This document shows, piece after piece, positions 19,487 to 30,181 of a DNA stretch of 64,000 nucleotides. Under the pieces are notes generated by a model. It worked only from the letters and a program-made list of their open reading frames with translations, was not told the origin of the DNA and did not search any database. The stretch is from Candidatus Zambryskiibacteriota bacterium (GTDB lineage: Bacteria > Patescibacteriota > Minisyncoccia > Phycocordibacterales > DATDWN01). Each line of letters begins with the position of its first letter. The first letter of the stretch is position 1. Made by a program: the position numbers and the translations under genes. The DNA lies in assembly GCA_023267045.1 (NCBI GenBank), contig JAHFOB010000001.1, positions 9,593 to 73,592 of the forward strand, in the 5' to 3' direction.

Positions 19487-20342
19487 TTCACAAAAACTTT
19501 TCCGAGAATATATAGATAAACTTGCTGTAACCACTACCCAGAAAAATGTCCTACATGGAATTATTCTCAAAGATAATTCTCAAGTGCCAGAGTTTCATGA
19601 AGGGAAAATATATTTTGTTGAAAAACCGAGCATCGGGTTTAACGAGGATTCCAACGATGTATTTGTAAACAAGATTAAAATTTTTTTAAAAAAGTTTCCT
19701 GGACTTTTTTTTATTATTTATCATCTTGTAGGAGCATCTTTTGTTGGTAAAAGTTCAAAAAAATCTATACAAGAAATACCAAAAGGCAAAGTCATAATAA
19801 ATCTAGGTTCTGGAGTAACAGTAGTCAGAGAAGATGTTGTAAATATTGATTTTTATCCATTTGAAAATGTTCACATAGTTGCAGACATAAGCAATCTGCC
19901 TTTTGCGGCAGCCCAAGTGGACGCAGTATTGTGTGAATATGTTTTGGAACACGTTCCAGATCCAGAAGCGATTGTAAAAGAGATTGAGAGAGTGACGAAA
20001 CCCGGTGGCACGGTATATGTATCAGTTCCTTTTGTAGCTAGTTTCCATTCCTCACCAAACGACTATTATAGATGGAGTAAAATGGGACTAAAGGAACAAC
20101 TAAAAAATTTTGAAGAAGTTAATTCTGGTGTGCGGTCTGGGCCAGGCGCTGCTCTAGATTATATTTTGGCAGAGTTTGTTGCAACATTATTTTCTTTTGG
20201 TTCTAAAACAATACACCAAGTTCTTTTTATGACATTTTTAATCTTGTTTGCTCCACTTTGTTACCTTGACTATCTTATTGCAAGATATCCAACGAGTGAA
20301 AATATTGCATATGGTTTTTATTATATCGGTCGCAAAAAATAA
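19476..20342 (+). CDS. Class I SAM-dependent methyltransferase
   Basis: NLGSG, VLEHVPDP, HxxPNDYYRW. Confidence 0.85.
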   Translation: MENNSQKLFREYIDKLAVTTTQKNVLHGIILKDNSQVPEFHEGKIYFVEKPSIGFNEDSNDVFVNKIKIFLKKFPGLFFIIYHLVGASFVGKSSKKSIQEIPKGKVIINLGSGVTVVREDVVNIDFYPFENVHIVADISNLPFAAAQVDAVLCEYVLEHVPDPEAIVKEIERVTKPGGTVYVSVPFVASFHSSPNDYYRWSKMGLKEQLKNFEEVNSGVRSGPGAALDYILAEFVATLFSFGSKTIHQVLFMTFLILFAPLCYLDYLIARYPTSENIAYGFYYIGRKK

Positions 20343-20344
20343 TT

Positions 20345-22105
20345 ATGGATAGAATAAAACAACTCATACGGCAACATTGGATAGCTCTATTACTCGCATT
20401 TATCATTGGTGTTTTGGTTGTGAGTCCGACTCTTGTATCTATTAGAAAACTTACCCCAAATACATTTAAGGGTATTTACCCAATGTTCAATGATGATGAG
20501 GATGTGTATTTGACGATGACTCGCGAAGCGTACGACGGACATACCAATCTATCCAATGCATATATAAAGGATTATAAGGCTGGACCATATTTACAACCAC
20601 CGCTTCCAGAGGTAGTTTATTCGGGCATAGCAAAAGTTCTACATGTTTCTGTTGCCACAGAGGCAGTTGTCAATGACTTTTTTACACCGCTTATCTCATT
20701 TCTCATTCTGTATTCTTTAATATGGATGCAAACCAAGTCAAAAAAGATTTCCCTTGCTCTTTCAAGTTTATTTTTTCTATTTTTTCTTGGATCTTTTGGA
20801 AGACCAATAAACCCACAGTTTGGTTTTATCTTTCTTTTGCTAGGATTTCAATGTATTTGGATCATTGCTACTAATACTTTCCCTAAAAAGAAAATAATTC
20901 TTTGGAATCTTGCTCTCGCCGGATGCTTTGGAGTCTTGGTCTACGCCTATCCTTTTTATTGGATGACTCTTGGAGTGGTTTATACAGTCTGGACACTTTC
21001 CATTGCTCTGAAAGAAAAAGAGTGGAGATATTGGCTTACCAACTGGCTATGGTTTTTTATTCCGGCAGGAATATGTACACTACCATTTCTCTATAACGCA
21101 AAACTTCTTGCATCAAGTCCATTTTTTATAGAAGCAAACGAACGGTTTGGATTTCTTGCTACGCATTTTCCCGGTTCTTATTTCCAGATAATTTTAATAA
21201 TACTCTGTTTTCCACTAGCTTTTGCTGTTTGGAAATTGAACCAAAAATATCTTAGTAATATTGTACTTTTCGCTCCAGCACTTATACTTTCTGGAATTAT
21301 TCTTAATTGGCAAAATATTATAACTGGCAAAACTTTGCAGTTTCCTCCGCATTTTTATCCAGTTATGGTCTTGTTTATTTTTCTCATAGCTAGTGTAACT
21401 ATACATACAGTGTGTAGAGAAGGTGTGCGTAGATTATGGAGCATTATCTGTGTAACAACTTTAGTTTTGTTGTGTATCATCATTGGCAACAGACAAAAAG
21501 GAGAAGCTATAGCGGTGATCAGAAATATATATAAACCGGTGGATATAACTAAACTACAAGATATTGGTAGAGTGACACAGTGGCTTAGTCAAAATACTCC
21601 ACCAGATTCAGCGGTCTATGCACTCGGAGAGAACTATTTCTGGGCAATACCAATATATACCAGCGATAATCTGTATTTTGCTCCAAATGCAAGTCTAACA
21701 ATGATGTCGGATTTAGAACTTGAAAACAGATGGGCAATTCAGCATTTCTTTGACGATGAGACAGAAAGTAGGGTGACACAAGCTAGTCGTGAAATATGGG
21801 CCAATAAATTCATTGATTCATATCAAAACAAAGAAGTGCGCAGAAAGATTTTAGAACTTATTACAAGAAAACAATATCCAGAAAATATTCTTATGGATGA
21901 AAGTTATCCAAAAAGAGTATTCCAAATCTACAAAAAAAATAAAGAAATGGGTTTTGAAAAAGCTCTGAAAACTTATTCTGTTGATTATATTCTTTTGGAC
22001 AATAGCGACAAAAGATACACTTCTTTGGAAGAAAAGTTTAATTCTTTTTCTTTTATAAAAGAAGTAGCGCGTTTTGGGGACACGATAATATATAAAATAA
22101 AATAA
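20345..22105 (+). CDS. Multi-pass membrane protein, probable GT-C glycosyltransferase
   Basis: DED after first TM, many TMs, C-terminal YSVDYILLD domain. Confidence 0.6.
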   Translation: MDRIKQLIRQHWIALLLAFIIGVLVVSPTLVSIRKLTPNTFKGIYPMFNDDEDVYLTMTREAYDGHTNLSNAYIKDYKAGPYLQPPLPEVVYSGIAKVLHVSVATEAVVNDFFTPLISFLILYSLIWMQTKSKKISLALSSLFFLFFLGSFGRPINPQFGFIFLLLGFQCIWIIATNTFPKKKIILWNLALAGCFGVLVYAYPFYWMTLGVVYTVWTLSIALKEKEWRYWLTNWLWFFIPAGICTLPFLYNAKLLASSPFFIEANERFGFLATHFPGSYFQIILIILCFPLAFAVWKLNQKYLSNIVLFAPALILSGIILNWQNIITGKTLQFPPHFYPVMVLFIFLIASVTIHTVCREGVRRLWSIICVTTLVLLCIIIGNRQKGEAIAVIRNIYKPVDITKLQDIGRVTQWLSQNTPPDSAVYALGENYFWAIPIYTSDNLYFAPNASLTMMSDLELENRWAIQHFFDDETESRVTQASREIWANKFIDSYQNKEVRRKILELITRKQYPENILMDESYPKRVFQIYKKNKEMGFEKALKTYSVDYILLDNSDKRYTSLEEKFNSFSFIKEVARFGDTIIYKIK

Positions 22106-22704
22106 TAAAAAAGTGCCCAGCTACTAGCGAATAGCTGGGCACTCAGGAAATACGCTCCAAATGTTGCGATCGTGATCACAACACTTGCGATTAAAACCAC
22201 CTTCTCAAATGGTTTGAGATGGAAAAGTTCTCCAGCGCTATATCTGTAGTCCTCTATGCCCATGACCTCACCGAGCTTGAGCTTTGTGAAGTACGGGTAG
22301 ATTGGCCAGATGCAACTGTTATCCGTCGAGTTCCAGATCGGATCACAGTGCGTCAGGCAGTCTATGAATGTGTGCAGGATCATCCCGAGCGAAAGGGCGA
22401 CAAAGAAGGTTCCGATCGGCTCCGATTGATACTGAAGACCGATGAGTAGTAGTAGCTCTATAACAAACGAATGACTGGTCTCCTTTGTCAGAAGAAAGAA
22501 CGGCTGGTTTTCTCCTCCTGAAAAGACTGGACGTTTGTAATAAAACTTATCCAACGCCCACTGTCCAAATGTTGGAATATCTGGCGTGACGTTGCCCATG
22601 ACAGTTCCAGCAAGGGCGCATTGTCCCAAGACTGGGTCATGTGAGGCCAGTAAAACTGCTCCGCCGATCGCTGTTCCCATAACCAAGTGCGTGTATGTTT
22701 GCAA
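21985..22704 (-). CDS. Membrane-bound metal-dependent hydrolase-like protein (YdjM-like)
   Basis: TH...G...PD...SHS...HTFIDCLTH pattern; TTG start with AGGAGG; 3' end uncertain (reads through hairpin into neighbour). Confidence 0.6.
   Translation of the reverse strand: MQTYTHLVMGTAIGGAVLLASHDPVLGQCALAGTVMGNVTPDIPTFGQWALDKFYYKRPVFSGGENQPFFLLTKETSHSFVIELLLLIGLQYQSEPIGTFFVALSLGMILHTFIDCLTHCDPIWNSTDNSCIWPIYPYFTKLKLGEVMGIEDYRYSAGELFHLKPFEKVVLIASVVITIATFGAYFLSAQLFASSWALFYYFILYIIVSPKRATSFIKEKELNFSSKEVYLLSLLSKRI
22107..22143 (-). terminator. Intrinsic terminator hairpin
   Basis: 12-bp stem agtgcccagcta/tagctgggcact with U-run on minus strand. Confidence 0.75.
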
Positions 22705-22721
22705 GGCGTCCTCCTTTGTAC

Positions 22722-22750
22722 ATTATACTACCTTATACTAAATTTGTCAA
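22722..22750 (-). promoter_or_regulatory. Consensus sigma70 promoter
   Basis: TTGACA-17-TATAAT on minus strand, AGGAGG at 22710-22715. Confidence 0.85.
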
Positions 22751-22809
22751 CAAAAAAAATAGGAAATATTCTCGTATTTAAGGTAAACTAAAGTTAATAA
22801 CTTAACAAC

Positions 22810-23937
22810 ATGAAGGGGAAATTAGTCTATATTTCAAATAGCAGAATGCCGACCCAACTTGCACACGGACTTCAGGTTATGAGTATGTGTAGGGCTTTTA
22901 CTCAAAACGGACTCCAAGTAGAGCTTTTAGTGCCTAGGCGAGTAAACAGGATTAGAGAAGCCCCTTTTTCTTATTATGGAATAGAGAAAAATTTTTCCAT
23001 AAAGAAAATCTTGTGTCTTGATCTTATTTTTCTAAACAACAGAAGTATTTTCTTTTGGATACAAACTTTGTCTTTTCTTCTTTCAGTAAAAAGTTATCTT
23101 GCCTCTAAAAAGTACGATATTTTATATACTCGCGAACAGATGGTAGGACTTTTTTTTAAAAATTTTGTATTGGAAATCCATTCTTTGCCTAAAAAAACAA
23201 GAAAATTTCATAAAAAGATTTGGGAAAAAGCCAAAGCTTTGGTTGTCTTGACACCTTTTATAAAACAAAATTTAGTTGATCTGGGAATTCCAAAAGAAAA
23301 AATAATAGTTTCTCCTGACGGAGTAGATCTAGAGCTTTTTGACATTTCAGTCTCAAAGGAAGAGGCTAGAGAAAAAACTTCTCTTCCTCAAAATAAAAAA
23401 TTAATTGGTTACGTTGGAATGTTGCGTACTCTTGGTATGGAAAAGGGAATTGATACGGCAATTTTGGCTATGAAAAGATTGGATGAAAATACCAGTCTAA
23501 TTTTGGTCGGTGGTAGTCTAGATGATATCAATTATTACAAAAAAATGGCAATGGATAAAGGTTTAGAAAATAGAGTTATTTTTACTGGGAGGGTCTCACA
23601 CCAGGAAATTCCAATTTATCTCAAAGCTTTTGATATTCTGATTGCACCTTTTCCAGAAAACCAGCATTATAGCTACTATATGTCACCAATGAAGATATTT
23701 GAATACATGGCCTCTAAAAGGCCTATAATAACGACTTCTCTACCCAGTTTGGTGGACATATTAGGGAGTGGAAAAGCTCTCCTAATCGCCCCAGGGAGCT
23801 CCGAGGGGCTTTCTTCTGGCATAGAGAGTCTCCTAGAGTTAGGTCAAAAAGAGGTCTATTCTACAGAAGCTTTCGAAGCAGTAAAAGGTTATACATGGCA
23901 AGAAAGAGCAAGGAAAATTCTAGAATCAATAAAATGA
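22810..23937 (+). CDS. GT4 family glycosyltransferase
   Basis: AHGLQVMSMC, SPMKIFEYMAS motifs. Confidence 0.9.
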   Translation: MKGKLVYISNSRMPTQLAHGLQVMSMCRAFTQNGLQVELLVPRRVNRIREAPFSYYGIEKNFSIKKILCLDLIFLNNRSIFFWIQTLSFLLSVKSYLASKKYDILYTREQMVGLFFKNFVLEIHSLPKKTRKFHKKIWEKAKALVVLTPFIKQNLVDLGIPKEKIIVSPDGVDLELFDISVSKEEAREKTSLPQNKKLIGYVGMLRTLGMEKGIDTAILAMKRLDENTSLILVGGSLDDINYYKKMAMDKGLENRVIFTGRVSHQEIPIYLKAFDILIAPFPENQHYSYYMSPMKIFEYMASKRPIITTSLPSLVDILGSGKALLIAPGSSEGLSSGIESLLELGQKEVYSTEAFEAVKGYTWQERARKILESIK

Positions 23938-24887
23938 GAACATTAATCATAAAAAGTGTCAAAAAGGCGGTAGTTGCTACAGCCTATAATTCTGGTCTAG
24001 CCAAGCTTTTTGGTAGCATACACTCATCTAAACTTTTTTGTGTTGGTTATCATAGTGTATGGAGTGATAAAAATAAAAAAGAATTACACAGAGAACTTTA
24101 CTCAAATATTTCTATAAAAGTTGAAGATTTTGAAGAGCAGATACTTTTTATGAAAAAAAATAATCATACTTTTATAAACTTTTCAGATTTAAGTGACCCA
24201 AATACAAAAAAATTAAAAAAAGCCACAATTATATTTTTTGATGATGGGTTTAAAGATATACTTGTTAACGCTCTTCCTATTTTACAAAAACACAATATTC
24301 CAGCTACTGTTTTTGTAACAACAGGTCTTATTGAGCGCACTCATTTTCTCTGGACATTAAAAGTTCGTCATATAATGTCTAGGAGTGGTCTAAAGAACTT
24401 TGAAGTCGAGAAAAAAATATTGGAGTTAAAAAAGATGTCAATGGCGGAAAGGGACAAAAAGATAAAAGATTTAGAAAAAGAATATGCTTTACAAATTCAA
24501 CCTGAAAAACTCGGCATTTTTCTAGACTGGAATGAAGTTAATGATTTAAAAAATGGGGGATTTGAAATTGGATCACACGGAGTAAAACATGAAAAACTCA
24601 TAGAATTATCAGGCAATGAACTTCTGGCTGAACTTTCAGAATCAAAAAAAATATTAGAAGAAAAAATTGGTCAACCTGTCTTTACAGTTTCTTATCCTTA
24701 CGGTCGTTATAATATAGGTGTAGAAAAAGCTGCACAGTCAACAGGATATTTTTATGGTATGACGACCGAAAGTGGTTGGAATAAAATTGATGATGTTTTA
24801 AATGATCCTTATAAAATGAAAAGAATTGAACCAAATTCAGGAGATAAACTAACTAGTTTTGCTGTAAAACTTTATATGAATATCTAA
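23934..24887 (+). CDS. Polysaccharide deacetylase (NodB/CE4)
   Basis: YHS, FFDDG, IGSHGVKH, SYPYG. Confidence 0.85.
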   Translation: MRTLIIKSVKKAVVATAYNSGLAKLFGSIHSSKLFCVGYHSVWSDKNKKELHRELYSNISIKVEDFEEQILFMKKNNHTFINFSDLSDPNTKKLKKATIIFFDDGFKDILVNALPILQKHNIPATVFVTTGLIERTHFLWTLKVRHIMSRSGLKNFEVEKKILELKKMSMAERDKKIKDLEKEYALQIQPEKLGIFLDWNEVNDLKNGGFEIGSHGVKHEKLIELSGNELLAELSESKKILEEKIGQPVFTVSYPYGRYNIGVEKAAQSTGYFYGMTTESGWNKIDDVLNDPYKMKRIEPNSGDKLTSFAVKLYMNI

Positions 24888-24888
24888 T

Positions 24889-25638
24889 ATGTTAATTACA
24901 CAAAATAAATTATGGTTTAAAAAAGCAATTGTTTTACTTGATGATTCTCTGGTGAAAGAGGTCGTGGCAAGTAAAATATATTCAGCGATTGATATTTTGT
25001 CTTATAAAAAAATGTTGCTTGTTGGTTTTCGAGTGAAAGAAAAAACTATTGCATTAATTGATCTTATGAGAGAGGAGCAGAATATTTTTGATTCATTCGG
25101 AGAAACAACGCGAAAGCACATACGTAGAACACAGAATAATCCAGACTTGAGATTTGATTCTATAGCGATACCAACAGATGAATGGTACGAGTTATTTAAG
25201 AAGTTTGAATATTCTCAAAACAGAGTGCCAATGCCTCGAAAGGATTTCAAAAGTTTTCGTTTGTTTGCTGCCTACTATAAAGACAGCCCCATTTCTGGTG
25301 TATCTGTTATTGAAAGTGGACATTACATTCGTACAATAACTATTTTTTCAAAACGACTTGATATCGAAGATAAAAAATTATATAAACTTACCGCTTGGAG
25401 TACAAGGCGAATCATGTGGGAGATTTGTTTATGGGGCAAGAAAGAAGGTTTTACATCTTTTGACCTTGGATCAGTCAATCTCGTAGACCCAAAGAAAGCT
25501 GGGATATCTGATTTTAAACTATCTTTTGGAGGTGGTACAATGCCAGAATATACACATATATATAAAAGTAATACCTTCGCTTTTTTTGAGAAACTAGCTA
25601 TGCTAAAAAATCAGATAAAAAAAATAATTAAGCTCTAA
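24889..25638 (+). CDS. FemAB/GNAT-like acyl or aminoacyl transferase
   Basis: IDL..F..TRKHIRR, FDLG, GISDFKLSFGG. Confidence 0.7.
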   Translation: MLITQNKLWFKKAIVLLDDSLVKEVVASKIYSAIDILSYKKMLLVGFRVKEKTIALIDLMREEQNIFDSFGETTRKHIRRTQNNPDLRFDSIAIPTDEWYELFKKFEYSQNRVPMPRKDFKSFRLFAAYYKDSPISGVSVIESGHYIRTITIFSKRLDIEDKKLYKLTAWSTRRIMWEICLWGKKEGFTSFDLGSVNLVDPKKAGISDFKLSFGGGTMPEYTHIYKSNTFAFFEKLAMLKNQIKKIIKL

Positions 25639-25648
25639 TACAATCTTG

Positions 25649-27325
25649 ATGGAAATATATATTGAAAAAGCAAAGATTTTTTTGAAAACAAATAAAATAG
25701 AAATACTCGTCTTTCTGCTATTTCTTGGTGTTACTATTCTCGCGCTTTTGTATTCGTTCACACTGCCGTTCACTATTCATGGTGATACATACGTTAGTCT
25801 TCTTGGAAATAAAGTAGCTACCGACCCTACGTATCCCGACAGAGCATTTCTCCTTAACCTCGATTTCAAACCATATCTCTACACAAATCTTCTTTCTATC
25901 ACGACAAATCATTTTTCTCTCTATACTGGCAAACTCATCATCTTCTTCTTTGCTGTGTTTGGTATTGGGTATGGCGCATATATAGGTTTTAGAATGTTGC
26001 GATTTCCTAGAAGCGTCGCTATTTTAACTGCACTTGTGGCTTTGATGCCGAGAGGTGAGATATCTGGTGGTATTTTTGCTGCAATCACTCCTGACGATGT
26101 GCTCGGTAGTGCTTTGGCCATTCCAATAATGTGGCTTGTGCTTAGCTGGTTTCTACAAAGAAGATTTGAAAAAAAATCACTTTGGCCAGTTATGCTTGTA
26201 TCTGGTCTTTCGACATACATGCACCCTGTCAGTCTCATATTTTTTAACTGTGTTCTTTTTCTCACTATATTGTACTGGGCAATTATTGATAAAAATTACA
26301 AAAAAGATCTAAAAGACTTTTTTTGGAGTATCGTCTCTTTTTCTCTAGGAGCTTCTTTTTTATTGATAAAGATTTTTACTGTTTCTAGGGGTGTAAGTCT
26401 AACTAAATCTGGATTTGCAACGGCTTCGGCTCATGAATATGTGACTGCCCTTTTATATAGAATAGGATTTGATTTTTTTCCAACAAGCGCCTCATACATA
26501 GTTCAATTTTCTATTATCAACGTTTTGTTCTGGGTTGCAGTTGTGTATGTGTATTACAATATTCGCAAAGGGAAAATTGTGAAAGGGAGTTTGTTACACT
26601 TTATATCCAATTTTAGTTTCTTTGTTATTATTGTTTCTGTTTTTCTTTCTTTCTCTCTTCCGGCTTTACAGCTTTGGCTTGTACAAAAGTTTGATTTTCC
26701 GTATATACTCCAGCAAACAAGTCGTTTTTTCAGGTACTATTATCTTGGGATTTTCCTTTTATGGGGAGTTGCAGTCACTGTGTTTCTTGAGCAGTATAAA
26801 GAAAAAAGAAAAATTCTTTTTACCATTTTACTTATTTTAGGCATCGTTAGCTCCACATTTTTCTTTGAAGTATTTCAGTTTTCTGTTGGATACTATGGAT
26901 ATCAAAGAGAGTACATTCCGGCCTTCCTCCAGAAAGCAAAGGATGTTTATTCTGACGGCACAAAAGTTTATCCGGCTTTGTGTGATCAGATTACACAATC
27001 AGGCATCACCAGAAACGATCTTATTTTATATGATGATTTTACACTGCGTTATTGGTGTGAGAGCCGACTGTATACAACGTTTGAAGAAGGTACCATTTAC
27101 TTGCTTTCAGGTAAAAACCAGCTTGTGTGGTGGTATAAAACTTATCTAGAGCAAGAACATGCGTTACATTTTGGTGATGTCGCCGAATTAACAGCTTTTG
27201 CCAAAAAGGTCGGGGCACGCTATGCTTTCCTCAATATTGATTCACCGATTATTTCTACACTTGAAAAGAAGGGTGAAGTAGTCTCCAAAGGTTCTCGATT
27301 CGATATTATACGATTCAAACAATAA
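25649..27325 (+). CDS. Multi-pass membrane protein, probable GT-C glycosyltransferase
   Basis: DPTYPDR, HP motif, many TMs, periplasmic C-terminal domain. Confidence 0.55.
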   Translation: MEIYIEKAKIFLKTNKIEILVFLLFLGVTILALLYSFTLPFTIHGDTYVSLLGNKVATDPTYPDRAFLLNLDFKPYLYTNLLSITTNHFSLYTGKLIIFFFAVFGIGYGAYIGFRMLRFPRSVAILTALVALMPRGEISGGIFAAITPDDVLGSALAIPIMWLVLSWFLQRRFEKKSLWPVMLVSGLSTYMHPVSLIFFNCVLFLTILYWAIIDKNYKKDLKDFFWSIVSFSLGASFLLIKIFTVSRGVSLTKSGFATASAHEYVTALLYRIGFDFFPTSASYIVQFSIINVLFWVAVVYVYYNIRKGKIVKGSLLHFISNFSFFVIIVSVFLSFSLPALQLWLVQKFDFPYILQQTSRFFRYYYLGIFLLWGVAVTVFLEQYKEKRKILFTILLILGIVSSTFFFEVFQFSVGYYGYQREYIPAFLQKAKDVYSDGTKVYPALCDQITQSGITRNDLILYDDFTLRYWCESRLYTTFEEGTIYLLSGKNQLVWWYKTYLEQEHALHFGDVAELTAFAKKVGARYAFLNIDSPIISTLEKKGEVVSKGSRFDIIRFKQ

Positions 27326-27329
27326 AGTT

Positions 27330-28271
27330 ATGAAAATTTCCGTTATCCTGCCGGTCTATAATGAAGAGAAAAGCATTCCTACTTTGCACGAGGAGCTAAA
27401 AGAGGTTTTTCTTGGTCTCCAAAAAGAATACGAGGTTATTTGGGTCAACGATGCGTCAGAAGACGGAAGTCTGGAAGTTTTAAAGGAGCTTGCTTTTAGA
27501 GATAGACGTATCAAAGTCATAAACTTTAGATTTAATTCCGGACAAACAGCTGCGATGTCTGCGGGCATAAAACATGCAACAGGTGAAATTATAATTCCAA
27601 TGGACTCAGATTTACAAAATGACCCCAAGGATATCCCCAGATTTCTAGATAAGTTGGATCAAGGTTTTGATGTAGTTTCCGGCTGGAGAAAAAATAGAAA
27701 AGATTTTGTTCTAAGCAGACGTCTCCCATCAGTTTTAGCAAACGGACTTATTCGTTATATAACAGGGGTTAAGATTCATGATTATGGTTGTTCAATGAAA
27801 GCTTACAAGAGTGATATAATAAAAGACGTTATTTTGTATGGTGAGATGCATAGATTTATTCCAGCTTACACGGCTTGGCATGGAGGAAAAATAACAGAAA
27901 TCGTTGTTAATCATCGTCCTAGAAAATTTGGCAAAACTAATTACGGTATTGGGAGGACTTTTAATGTAATCCTTGATCTAATTGTTGTGAAGTTTCTTTC
28001 TAAATATATGGACAAGCCTATGCACTTTTTTGGTGGGATAGGATTTTTATCTTTGGGTTTGGGAATTTTTTCAGGTCTATGGTCTGTTTTTCTTAAAATA
28101 GTGCATTTAAGAGATTTTGTTACTACACCACTTCCTGTATTTTCAGCACTGTTTATTATTGTTGGGGTGGTCTTAATTACTATGGGAGTGATAGCTGAAA
28201 TGATTATGCGTGTTTACTACGAGTCACAAAATAAAACTCCTTATCAAGTGCGCGAAACTATTAACTTTTAG
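27330..28271 (+). CDS. GT2 ArnC-like polyprenol-phosphate glycosyltransferase
   Basis: GQTAA, DSDLQNDP, HDYGCSMKAY, YGEMHRFIP. Confidence 0.9.
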   Translation: MKISVILPVYNEEKSIPTLHEELKEVFLGLQKEYEVIWVNDASEDGSLEVLKELAFRDRRIKVINFRFNSGQTAAMSAGIKHATGEIIIPMDSDLQNDPKDIPRFLDKLDQGFDVVSGWRKNRKDFVLSRRLPSVLANGLIRYITGVKIHDYGCSMKAYKSDIIKDVILYGEMHRFIPAYTAWHGGKITEIVVNHRPRKFGKTNYGIGRTFNVILDLIVVKFLSKYMDKPMHFFGGIGFLSLGLGIFSGLWSVFLKIVHLRDFVTTPLPVFSALFIIVGVVLITMGVIAEMIMRVYYESQNKTPYQVRETINF

Positions 28272-28292
28272 AACCTATATTAAAAACATACT

Positions 28293-30173
28293 ATGTGTGG
28301 AATAGCAGGATATTGGGGAAAAGGAGATGAGCAAGTCCTAGACAGTATGATAGATGCTATTTCTTATCGTGGACCAGATGATAAAGGTTTGTTCGTAAAA
28401 GGAAATATGGGTCTGGCTCAAAGAAGACTTTCTATTATAGACCTGACTTCTGCAGGTCATCAGCCGATGTCAAACGAAGACAAGACAGTTCAAATTATTT
28501 TTAACGGAGAAATATATAATTATAAAGAACTCAAAACATCACTAAAACAAAAACATACCTTTAAAAGTAGTACTGATACAGAAGTTATTCTTCGTCTATA
28601 TGAAGAATATGGAGAAGAAGTTTTTTCTAAAATTCAAGGAATGTTTGCTATTGCTTTGTTTGATTCAAAAAATAACAAACTTTTTTTAGCTAGAGATAGA
28701 ATGGGTAAAAAACCATTATATTGGTATAAAAATGATAAAGTTTTTCTTTTCGGTTCAGAATTAAAAGCACTCATGAAGCACCCATCTTTTGAAAAAGAAA
28801 TTGATTTAGTTTCACTCAATAAATATTTAACATATGAATATGTACCAACTCCGCATTCAATTTTTAAAAATACATATAAATTAGAACCAGGAACGTATCT
28901 GACTTGGGATGGAAAAGAAACTCTGAAAAAGGTTTTTTGGGAGCCAAAGTTTCTACCAAAGTCTGACTCTTTCGAACAGTCTCTGGAGTCTCTAGATAAG
29001 GCCCTAGAGCAGTCTGTCGAGGACAGGCTAGTTTCCGACGTTCCTATAGGTGTTTTCCTCTCTGGGGGAATAGACAGCAGTACGGTGGCTTACTATGCTT
29101 CTAGGGCACAAAAGAACAAGCCAGAAGGCAAAATAAAGACCTTTTCCATAGGATTTAAGGAAACCTCCTTTGACGAGTCTTCCTACGCAAAGCAAGTAAG
29201 TAAACACCTGGGTACAGAACATTATGAGAAAATACTAACAAGTGAAGACAGTCTTTCTCTCGTGCCAAAAATAGGGGAAATACTTGATGAGCCAATGGCG
29301 GATTCATCTCTTATCCCGACATACCTTTTGTCTAAGTTTACCAAAGAAAATGTTACAGTGGCGCTCGGTGGTGACGGGGGAGATGAACTTTTTCTCGGCT
29401 ACGATACGTTTCTTGCACATCGACTTGCTTCTCTGTATGAAAAAGTGCCACGTGTAATTCGTACGAAAATTATACAGCCACTAGTAAAACTACTTCCCAC
29501 ATCGTTTGTAAATATGAGTTTGGACTTTAAAATCAAAAAGTTTGTAGAAGATTTTGAAGGTAATAAAAATTATCGTAACGATCGATGGCTCGGAGCTTTT
29601 AGTCATATAGATAGAGCAAATCTTTTCAAAAAAGAAATATCTGAAAAGCTCAAGAGTAAAAATGAGTTTGATGATATTGATACGTATCTCTCCCATCTAG
29701 ATTCACAGGATTTCTTTGATCAAGTCACCCTACTTCACCAGAGGATGTATATGATGGACCAGGTTTTGGTAAAGGTTGACCGGGCCAGTATGGCGAACTC
29801 TCTGGAGGTTCGTGCGCCGTTTCTCGATACTCGAGTGGTTGATTTGGCGAACCATATGCCGATAGAGTTCAAACTAAGAGGTCTAGAGCGGAAATATATT
29901 TTGAAAAAGCTTATGGGGGGTAAGTTGCCTGATAATATTGTCTACAGAAAGAAAAAAGGCTTTGGAGTACCCATAGCGGAATGGATTCGTGGGGGTTTGA
30001 AACCTGTCATACTCGATTTTTTAGGTAGAGAATCGGTAGAAAAAATGGGGTTGTTTAATTATGATTATATTGAAAAAATATTAGACGAACATTTCTCTGG
30101 CAAAAAAGATAATCGGAAACAAATCTGGACTCTTTTTGTCTTTGCAATATGGCACAGAAAATGGTTACAATAG
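28293..30173 (+). CDS. asnB: Asparagine synthase (glutamine-hydrolysing) family amidotransferase
   Basis: MCGIAG, RGPD, RRLSIID, LSGGIDSS, GDGGDELF, KVDRASMANSLEVRAPFLD. Confidence 0.95.
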   Translation: MCGIAGYWGKGDEQVLDSMIDAISYRGPDDKGLFVKGNMGLAQRRLSIIDLTSAGHQPMSNEDKTVQIIFNGEIYNYKELKTSLKQKHTFKSSTDTEVILRLYEEYGEEVFSKIQGMFAIALFDSKNNKLFLARDRMGKKPLYWYKNDKVFLFGSELKALMKHPSFEKEIDLVSLNKYLTYEYVPTPHSIFKNTYKLEPGTYLTWDGKETLKKVFWEPKFLPKSDSFEQSLESLDKALEQSVEDRLVSDVPIGVFLSGGIDSSTVAYYASRAQKNKPEGKIKTFSIGFKETSFDESSYAKQVSKHLGTEHYEKILTSEDSLSLVPKIGEILDEPMADSSLIPTYLLSKFTKENVTVALGGDGGDELFLGYDTFLAHRLASLYEKVPRVIRTKIIQPLVKLLPTSFVNMSLDFKIKKFVEDFEGNKNYRNDRWLGAFSHIDRANLFKKEISEKLKSKNEFDDIDTYLSHLDSQDFFDQVTLLHQRMYMMDQVLVKVDRASMANSLEVRAPFLDTRVVDLANHMPIEFKLRGLERKYILKKLMGGKLPDNIVYRKKKGFGVPIAEWIRGGLKPVILDFLGRESVEKMGLFNYDYIEKILDEHFSGKKDNRKQIWTLFVFAIWHRKWLQ

Positions 30174-30181
30174 ATGTCACA

